From Macrostomum lignano (Eukaryota): a stretch of 64,000 nucleotides of DNA. The stretch is taken from positions 248,001-312,000 of the forward strand of contig NIVC01001075.1 of NCBI GenBank assembly GCA_002269645.1. The letters run 5' to 3'. The position numbers were made by a program, and so were the translations under genes. A model generated the notes under the pieces. It was not told where the DNA came from. It did not search any database and saw only the letters and a list, made by a program, of their open reading frames with translations. Below are positions 47,379 to 64,000 of the stretch, in pieces; positions within the stretch are counted from its first letter, which is position 1, and the number at the start of each line of letters is the position of its first letter.

Positions 47379-47656
47379 GGACTGAGGGAGAGTGGCGAAA
47401 CATTCACAAGAAACCCCAATCGTCACTGTGGAGTACGTAGAGTACGTTCAGCGGTTAACCGCGCCAAAGTACCCGGCTAAGATTCTGTGCGCGGCCGTGT
47501 AACTTAAAGGCTCGTGCACGAAATTGACCTTGGGCTTAGGCAATTGACCTTGACCTTAGGCAATTCACGCCAATAAAGGCTAACCCCCAAGGCACCGAGT
47601 GAGTGCCTGCGTACGTATCCAAGTGATGAGCGTGCTCGGGTGTCAGCGGTACTGCC

Positions 47657-48430
47657 ATGGCAAGGCATGAAAGCCTTCGTGCAAACTACCCATCTCGGCA
47701 CTCTCACAGGGACCCAAAGTCGGCAAATGCGGAGCTGTCGAACAGCCACTCCAAGTCTAGCTCAGGCTACATGAGCATCCGCAAGGTGCTTCTACAGATA
47801 TTCGAATTGCCCAGGATCGTCAAGAACCAGATGCTCGGCGATCAGGAGTTTCGCGCCTATCAGGACGCTCGCCGGGCCCAGGGACTGAGGCCGTTCCGAT
47901 GGGATCCTACGGACTTCCAGTGGGAGTGGGATCGCAACCACTCTCGCATGCTCAATAGCAACGCCGGCGTCGACAGCGGCGGCACGCCGGGCGGCGAAGA
48001 GTTAAGCGTCGGAGGAGTAGAAATCGGCGAGTTCGAGAACCCGCCGGTCATCTCCGGGAACAACCATCGAGACCTGCTTCGACGCCAGATTGAAAGCCTG
48101 CCAGCTTACTCGGATTTGAGAAGGGCGGCGCGGCGAAGAGGATTCAGCATACTGAGCGACGAGAGCGGCGCCAGTCGAGAGCGAGCTGACGAGATCAGCT
48201 ACGTGTTCGATTCGCGCAACAACTGCCTGGTGCCCAAGTGGCCCAGCGGCGGAATTTGTCGGCGACGCCAAACCAGACCCCGAGCCGCGTCGGCGATGGA
48301 TCGCTACGGCAAAGACGACTCTGAGGAGGAAGCTGATGACTACCGGCCGGGTTCGGAGCTCAAGCGGCTGGCTAATCCCGCCTGGCTGCAGGGCTGGCAA
48401 ACTGGCTGGACGAATGAGTCCACCACTTAA
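47657..48430 (+). CDS. Orphan protein, 257 aa, no recognised domain
   Basis: ATG-initiated, non-repetitive, GC-rich ORF like the exons of neighbouring genes. Confidence 0.6.
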   Translation: MARHESLRANYPSRHSHRDPKSANAELSNSHSKSSSGYMSIRKVLLQIFELPRIVKNQMLGDQEFRAYQDARRAQGLRPFRWDPTDFQWEWDRNHSRMLNSNAGVDSGGTPGGEELSVGGVEIGEFENPPVISGNNHRDLLRRQIESLPAYSDLRRAARRRGFSILSDESGASRERADEISYVFDSRNNCLVPKWPSGGICRRRQTRPRAASAMDRYGKDDSEEEADDYRPGSELKRLANPAWLQGWQTGWTNESTT

Positions 48431-48464
48431 TCGGGGGATTTAAAAGGTGTTTGACTCGTTGCAT

Positions 48465-48860
48465 GAGCCATGAGTACCTGTTGGATAAACCATGAGTACC
48501 TGTTGATGAGCCATGAGTACCTGTTGATGAGCCATGAGTACCTGTTGATGAGCCATGAGTACCTGTTGATGAGCCATGAGTACCTGTTGATGAGCCATGA
48601 GTACCTGTTGATGAGCCATGGGTACCTGTTGGATAAACCATGAGTACCTGTTGGATAAACCATGAGTACCTGTTGATGAGCCATGAGTACCTGTTGGATA
48701 AACCATGAGTACCTGTTGATGAGCCATGAGTACCTGTTGGATAAACCATGAGTACCTGTTGGATAAACCATGAGTACCTGTTGGATAAACCATGAGTACC
48801 TGTTGATGAGCCATGAGTACCTGTTGATGAGCTACGAGTACCAGTTAAGATCCATGAGCA
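48465..48860. repeat. 21/22-bp minisatellite (GAGCCATGAGTACCTGTTGAT)
   Basis: Direct inspection. Confidence 0.93.
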
Positions 48861-49584
48861 CCTGCTGATGGCTCATGAACACCTGTCGATGGGTCATGCA
48901 GGCCATTCTATACACCTGGCATGGTCAAATTTGTCATTAAAATGCAGTTACCAATCTACGTGTATTATTTTATTTCGTGTTTTATCGTGCGTAACAACAT
49001 TTAGGCACATGAATTTAAAAAATAAATATTTACTTTCTTTTAAAATTTATTACTAAATAATACTACTTATAGTAGCGCCCTAATTTTATTACTTGCTTGG
49101 TAATTTAAAGGATACTGCAGAGCACGAGATGTAACACGAAACCCCCAAGTTTTGGCTGCAATAACGATTTTTATACAATAGAGGACAGCTTCACAAACCC
49201 ATGATGGCAAGTTGTTATATATATTTAGCTGGTGTGGTCAAAAAGACGATGTCATGACAGGCGATAATTAGCTAATTAAATACAAAACACCTCTGATAGC
49301 GATAATCGATCAAGGTAATAATCGTAAAGAAGAGGAAATTACAATCCTTACTACTTATCATCAGTATAGTTGCTAATTTGAAACCAAGAAACAAACAGTG
49401 CTTATTAAAATTAGTTTGAAAACCATATACCCCACACACACAGCCTGCTCAAGCACTTTTCATTGTGATTAACTGATGACGCAATATTTACTAAATGAAA
49501 AAAAACCTGAAAGCTGCTCACTAAAAAACAATGAAATTCAAAACAAAATCTGTCTTTATACAATGGGTGAAGTTTTCATGTGAT

Positions 49585-50095
49585 TTTTTATGGGCGATTC
49601 TCATGCCACTTTAGGGCGATTCTCATAGCAGTTTGGGGGCGATTCTCATGCCACTTTAGGGCGATTCTCATAGCAGTTTGGGGGCGATTCTCATGCCACT
49701 TTAGGGCGATTCTCATAGCAGTTTGGGGGCGATTCTCATGCCACTTTAGGGCGATTCTCATAGCAGTTTGGGGGCGATTCTCATGCCACTTTAGGGCGAT
49801 TCTCATAGCAGTTTGGGGGCGATTCTCATGCCACTTTAGGGCGATTCTCATAGCAGTTTGGGGCGATTCTCATGCCACTTTAGGGCGATTCTCATAGCAA
49901 TTTGGGGGCGATTCTCATGCCACTTTAGGGCGATTCTCATAGCAGTTTGGGGGCGATTCTCATGGCAATTTGGGGGCAATTCTCATGCCACTTTAGGGCG
50001 ATTCTCATAGCAGTTTGGGGGCGATTCTCATGCCACTTTAGGGCGATTCTCATAGCAGTTTGGGGGCGATTCTCACGGCAGTTGGGGGGCGATTC
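49585..50095. repeat. 45-bp dimeric minisatellite (22+23-bp subunits sharing GGGCGATTCTCA)
   Basis: Direct inspection. Confidence 0.93.
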
Positions 50096-50212
50096 TGAAG
50101 GGGCACGAGAAGGATGATATTGGACGGCTGAGGTATGCCTATCAGGTTAAACAAAATGAATCTCACACCAAAGATTGATTAGGGATGATTCTCAAAATGG
50201 ATTAAAGGCATC

Positions 50213-58121
<7,909 letters not shown>

Positions 58122-59560
58122 GGCATGAGAAGAATAAATATTGTTTCCTCAATTGAGACAAATGTATACAGTTTAGTAGTTAATGAAAAAATTAAATAGT
58201 TAATATAAAAAATATGCACTGATCAGGAGCCATCAGAATACTTGAGATATATACTGTCATGCTAGAATCCCACACCTTGACATAGAATTATATACCCTAA
58301 CACCCTAGAATCTCATACCCTGACACCCTAGAATCTAATACTCTAACACGTTAAGATCTTTTATTTTGATCTTTGATACTTTAAAAAAGAATATTTTACC
58401 TTAACACTGACATTGTCATATAATAATATACTTTATTATAAATAGCCAATAATGAAAAATCATTTATATCAGCAAAATAGTAAATTGGAATGATCTAAAG
58501 ACTAAGATAATTTTTATTTTAAAGATTAAATATAATCTACCTTTTCCTAGAATGCTAATTGAGTGTAAAATATAGTATTAAAAAATAGCACATCACTTTT
58601 TTTATATCTTAAACTGTTTAATAAAATGTAGATAAGAAAAATTTTGGCCAAAAACTTTTTTAGGAAATAACTTTTTTAAATTTTATTATTTTAAGCATGT
58701 CAATACAAATAAAAGTGCTAGTTTTAAATAAAAATATTTCTAATTTAGATTCTTTAAAACTTTGATATTCACTTTCAAGATATGTTATTATTTATAACTT
58801 AATAAAACTTTCTTGTATATAACATATTTAGGTAAACATAAACAATATCTTTTTGCCTATATTTATTTTTGTCTTTTTAATTAGCATTGCCAAATAGTCT
58901 ATAGTTTTTTTTTTCAGATCCAATTGAATTTTACTTTAAGATTATACATAACATTATATTTAAGCTAAACAACTACTAGTTCTATTATTATAATATTATC
59001 TAATACAAAATTATTACACTAAAAGATATTGATTTTCATTAGATTCCTATATACTTCCCCAGGATCCCCAAGATTACTAAAAATAAATACTTTTTCTTTG
59101 TTCACTTAAGATTTAATAAACTACGAAAAAAACAATTTTTTATGCTTTGTACAATTGTAGTCTGTACTATAGTAGTTAGTTTGCTTATACCTTTGTTACT
59201 TATTTTAGTGCAAATACTATAGATAAACAAGAAAAAAATTATTCGCCTTTCGTTGGCGTTATTACCACCGACGTACGTTGTTTTGTAGAAAAACATGCTT
59301 TCGAAATAATGCTAATGTTTTCCAGGAAAATTTTATCGGTTAAAGAAAATAAGAGCATTAAGTTAAATATTGTACGAAAGCATGTAGTTCATACTTCAGC
59401 AGTATTGCTTATTTAAACCTTGAAGTGTATTAGTCCCACATTCAATATCAACTGAGCACATAATTAACATTTCTAATGTCAATTTGTTCATTTTTAATTA
59501 CAAAGCGTGCCGTATTTTTCAACCTTTGGACCTGTTCAGCTGACATTTGATAGCAATCGC

Positions 59561-62500
59561 ATGTCAGCAATAGCAGGTATGTCTGAATCAATACAGCCAG
59601 ACCAAAACGATATTGATGACTCCGCGAAGCTAATATCGTCTGCCTATCAGCAAGTTAATCATGGCATCAATGAGACGTTTCATTATGAAGTTGATAAAAA
59701 GAACGCCGATTTTCAAGGGGGTAAAGACATCTGTTGCACTTCATTTTCGTAAACCCAGACTATATCGGAGACACAAGATTTTCTGTTGGAACTTTTCCTG
59801 CTGTTGAGGTTTCAATGTAACTCGCATTTATTTGCGTTTTTTAGTGTTTTACAATGAACGCAATCGTGAGTTTTTGGCTATGGACGCAAACGGAATTTTA
59901 CAAGTTAAACCACAATCTCCGAATAAGCCGAGTAAGCCCGTTGCGTATTACCCTAATTAATATCAATATTTGGCTAGTAATTTTAATTCTCAATACATAG
60001 AAGTTTCTTCACAAATTTCAGTTCAGCGCATTGCTCACTATCCAAAGTATGAGTACAGCCTCTTGTCTCAGTTAATCTATTATAGACAGTACAATATCTA
60101 CTTTGCACTCAACAAACAGTCGGCTTTGTTGGTAAGTTTTTTTGCAGTTAAAAAATCTAAGTCCTGATAAAAACAATTTTTAGAACAGAATTTTATTCTT
60201 CAATTTCAGGTTCTGAACAGATTCTTTGAAGAAATGGTGCCAGTCACGTTTGAGCAAAGAAACGTTTTAGCAATGATATTTGACAAGTCACGTGACCAGC
60301 TAATTACCAATGGCGCATACGGCACGAAGGTATGGCTGATCATTTGTAGTATCAATGAAGCTTTTCTGGCACATTAACAGTAGGAATGCCAAGCCATTTT
60401 TCCGCCCGTCGAACTACCAAGGGTCCCCCCTGAAAAGGCAGTCGAGATATTCAACAATTCTGCTAGAAGGTCAGATTTTTTCATAGTCACCTGGTGCCAC
60501 CTGTTGAAGCTGTAGAAGCTCCGCTTGGGTGAAGGCCAGGGACCAACGAAGTCAGGGCTGATGCAGACACATGTGGTCGACGTGCTGGTGGAATTTGGAG
60601 GCTTGGCAAGGCTGCACTGAGGCGCAGTGCTGATTGGCGCACAGGGGTTGTACTGAATACACGGGCGCATATGGGAAAAATCCGACCTTCTGACAGAATC
60701 GTTGAATATCTCGACGGTCCGGAGGGCTGGCGGCTTGATTCTTGTTTGAGAAGTTGCACAACAAAAAGTTAGACCGTGTTATGGAATTTCGTGTGCCTGC
60801 GTTGCTGCGTTCCGGCGCAGAAAAAAATTGTCAGGATGGGAGGGGGAATCACCCCTTTGTAGTTCTACCTGTTTAGAAACGGTCATCTCCCTCCAAATCA
60901 ACAGTTCTGGGTGTTCCAACCGAAAACGGAGAAGCACCTGATGCTTGGCAAGGCAATGTCCAACTATGAGCTGAAGCTCATTGAGCACCTGGAGGACCTG
61001 GGCGGCAGCTGGGTGAAGTATGTTGACATTGATTACAACCACGACCACTTGTACTACTGCTCTGAGACTGACGTTCGCTGCTACAGCCTTTCCGGCTTTG
61101 ATCGAGCAAAGCTGCTGTTTAAATTGGATGAGTGAGTCAGCTCCATGCCGCTCAGTTTGCCTATATAGAACTACTTAGTGGAAGTAGTGTCCCATTAACT
61201 GTGTTATGTTGTACTCGTAAAACAGAGGTCGACAACTTTTTTACCTCAAGGGCCAGGTAAAAAATATAGATCATTACTGCGGATCAGATAGGAAAGGAAA
61301 GGAGAGGGAATAGAAAAGAGAGAAGAGGCAAGATATTAAAGATGAGACATGGGAGGCGAAATGAGAGATACGATGAGAGGAGAGGAGATATGAGAAGAGT
61401 GAAGAAAGGAGAGGAGACGAGAGAAAAGAGGAGAGGAAAGACAAGAGAAGATAAATAGTAGCGGAGATATGAGAGACGAGAAGCAAGGAGAGATGAGAGG
61501 AGAGAGATGAAAGGAAAGACTGGAGAGGTGAGATGAGAAGAGGACAGAGATGAGAGTAGAGAGGAGAGAACTGAGATGATCACACACAAGACTTAAGTGA
61601 GGGCCGGATAGAGAGGCTTCGCGGGCCGCATGTTGCAAACACTTCGAAATCCTTGCAGCTGCCATCGCATGGAGATCACGGGCTGCCTGTTCTCAAACTC
61701 TCAGCAACTGCTGGTAACATCCAGCATGGACACCGAGGTGAAGCTCTGGAACACTAAGCACGGCTTCCTGACCTCGTTTCTCGGCCACTCTCAGGGCATC
61801 ACCGGGATGTACTTTTATCCTGGCGACGAGTCGCGAATAATCACGGCCTCCCTGGACGGCTCAGTGCGGCTTTGGTCCCTGGCGCTGCAGGAGTGCCAGA
61901 TGACTGTCCAGGCGCTGCACTCGGACCCGGTGATCTGGTCTGGCATGGCGCACCAGCGTCTCATGTTTGTTGCGTCAACTAGGCAATTTGCGCTGCTGCA
62001 CATCAACTACTTGCCGGTGTATTGGTCCGAGTGCCGTTCGCAGGTGAATGTTGCATGGATAATGGGCTGAAAATTTCAGGTTTATAAATGCTTTAATTAT
62101 GACTTGGTTGTGTTTAGATGGTCTGGAGCTGTCATGAAGTGTCTCAGATGGTCTGGAGCTGTAGTAGAGTAGCTCAGGTGGTCTGAAGCTGTAGTAGAGT
62201 AGCCCAGATGGTCTGGAGCTGTAGTGGAGTTGCTCAGATGGTCTGGAGCTGTAGTGGAGTTGCTCAGATGGTCTGGAGCTGTAGTAGATGGTCTGGAGCT
62301 GTAGTAGAGTTGCTCAGGTGGTCTGGAGCTGTAGTAGAGTTGCTCAGGTGGTCTGAAGCTGTAGTAGATGGTCTGAAGCTGTAGTAGAGTTGCTCAGGTG
62401 GTCTGGAGCTGTAGTGGAGTTGCTCAGGTGGTCTGGAGTAGATGGTCTGGAGCTGTAGTAGATGGTCTGGAGCTGTAGTAGGTGGTCTGGAGCTGTAATA

Positions 62501-63891
62501 GGAGCTAGATGGTCTGGAGCTGTAGTAGAGTTGCTCAGATGGTCTGGAGCTGTAGTGGAGTTGCTCGAGCTGCAGATTTGGCCAAAATTCGCAGACTCGT
62601 GGGCTTATCTATGATCCGATAAAACCCAATTGTCTGTCCACAGGCCACCCGCTTGTCCCTGGTGGGCACCAGCGGCGGAATCTGCGGTGCCACGCCACAG
62701 AAGTCCACCCGCTTGTTGGCTCTGTGCGAGGACAGCAGCGTCCGGCTTTACTCAAGACGCGACGGGCGGCTCCTGAGCAGCCTGCTCACTCCGCCTGACG
62801 TGTCGCCGCTCGACCGCGTACTCGACGTCTGTCATTCCCGCGCCACCGGCCTGACCTTCGTGCTACTCGACGGCGACAGACTGTGGGTGTACTTTGCCAA
62901 GAGCAACCCGGCCTGCAGGCTTCACGCCTGGACTATGAAAGTAAGGGGAATGATTGAGTCACTCTATGAGCTGTCTGAGGATGATTCAGTCACTCTATGA
63001 GCTGTCTGAGAATGAGTGAGTCACTCTGTGAGCTGTCTGAGAATGAGTGAGTCACTCTGTGAGCTGTCTGAGAATGAGTGAGTCACTTTGTGAGCTGTCT
63101 GAGAATGAGTGAGTCACTCTATGAGCTGTCTGAGAATGAGTGAGTCACTCTGTGAGCTGTCTGAGAATAATTGAGTCACTCTATGAGCTGTCTGAGAATG
63201 AGTGAGTCACTCTGTGAGCTGTCTGAGAATGATTGAGTCACTCTGTGAGCTGTCTGAGAATGATTGAGTCACTCTGTGAGCTGTCTGAGAATGATTGAGT
63301 CACTCTGTGAGCTGTCTGAGAATGATTGAGTCACTCTATGAGCTGTCTGAGAATGATTGAGTCACTCTGTGAGCTGTCTGAGAATGATTGAGTCACTCTA
63401 TGAGCTGTCTGAGAATGAGTGAGTCACTCTATGAACTGTCTGAGAATGAGTGAGTCACTCTATGAGCTCTATTGGATTTTTTCAAAACAACTGTAAACTA
63501 ACAACCGCCCCAGGAGCTTCACGCCGCCCTGAGCGCCTCAAGCGGAACTGCCGGCCTGTCAATCAAAACACAGGAGCTGGCCAAGTCGCAGAGGGCCAGC
63601 GATTACTATCAGGGTGGCGCAGGCGGCGGCCAAAATTCCGCGCCTCGTTGCCTGCGCCTGGCCCTGCTGCGAAGTCACGTGATTCGATGGACTCTATCCA
63701 GCCTGGCGCTGGAGTGCCCGCTTGCTGAGGAGCTGCTGCTGCTGGGACTGTCGGATGGCAGGGTGCTTTTTCTGGACCCGACTGCCCCAGCAGGAAAGCT
63801 TCATCTCCAGCTGCAGGCGCACCGAGGGCCGGTGACCCGGCTGGCTTGGGACGAGCCGCACGAGTGTCTGCTTACGGGGACCGAGAATAAG
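59561..63891 (+). CDS. Large WD40-repeat protein, 5' part; exons 59561-59720, 59845-59931, 60022-60131, 60210-60329, 60905-61131, 61659-62043, 62644-62940, 63514-63891; continues beyond the window
   Basis: WD40 units CHRMEITGCLF...VTSSMDTEVKLWN, GHSQGITGMYF...ITASLDGSVRLWS, AHRGPVTRLAW; GT-AG junctions join in frame; the first two exons are less certain. Confidence 0.88.
61223..61645 (-). mobile_element. Third, older copy of the hAT-type MITE with an expanded GA/CT core
   Basis: CAGAGGTCGACAAC...AAGGGCCAG at the left and GAGGGCCGGATAGAGAGGCTTCGCGGGC at the right match the 40114 element inverted; TSD not preserved. Confidence 0.75.
62115..62570. repeat. About 30-bp minisatellite (AGATGGTCTGGAGCTGTAGTAGAGTTGCTC)
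   Basis: Direct inspection. Confidence 0.92.
62958..63470. repeat. 31-bp minisatellite (TGAGTCACTCTGTGAGCTGTCTGAGAATGAT)
   Basis: Direct inspection. Confidence 0.95.
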
Positions 63892-63957
63892 GTTAGTTAG
63901 TTAGTGAGTCAGTTAGTTAGTCAGTTAGTTATTTAGTTAGTTTAGTTAGTTAGTTAG

Positions 63958-64000
<43 letters not shown>
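63892..64000. repeat. (TTAG)n microsatellite starting at the splice donor
   Basis: Direct inspection. Confidence 0.93.

Noticed and set aside
59759-59808. Extra small WD40-gene exon
   Set aside because: Would need introns of 38 and 36 nt and breaks the frame; direct joining of 59720 to 59845 is in frame.
60383-60470. ECQAIFPP... stretch as a WD40 exon
   Set aside because: GTK|FWVFQP joins 60329 to 60905 in frame with better motif continuity; the stretch overlaps an inverted-repeat element.

Overview
Eukaryotic (metazoan) genomic DNA: GC-rich exons, AT-rich spacers, and introns packed with locus-specific tandem arrays. The style suggests a Macrostomum-like flatworm, which is my inference. 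Most long ORFs in the supplied track are artefacts of stop-free minisatellites; the real genes are spliced and were rebuilt by hand from GT/GC-AG sites and protein motifs. In order: (1) 5' part of a young Ty3/Gypsy LTR retrotransposon (minus strand) with an intact gag and a stop-free 984-codon pol, joined by a -1 slippery site plus hairpin, a 30-bp-repeat spacer and an in-frame TAG before the protease; (2) a 3-exon, 79-aa secreted peptide precursor absent from the ORF track; (3) inverted 21-bp arrays; (4) a BMP-class TGF-beta ligand lacking the interchain Cys and with a frame discontinuity; (5) JMJD6; (6) a NUP42/NUPL2-like nucleoporin with GLFS repeats; (7) an orphan 2-TM protein; (8) a divergent CK1-superfamily kinase with two GC-AG introns, split in mid-exon by a 4453-bp element with 37-bp perfect TIRs; (9) an orphan 257-aa ORF; (10) a JIP3/JIP4-like gene apparently lacking its C-terminal half; (11) the 5' part of a large WD40 gene. 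There are also SINE and MITE copies. No rRNA, intact tRNA or CRISPR array was found. All family assignments come from motif recognition; no database search was run.
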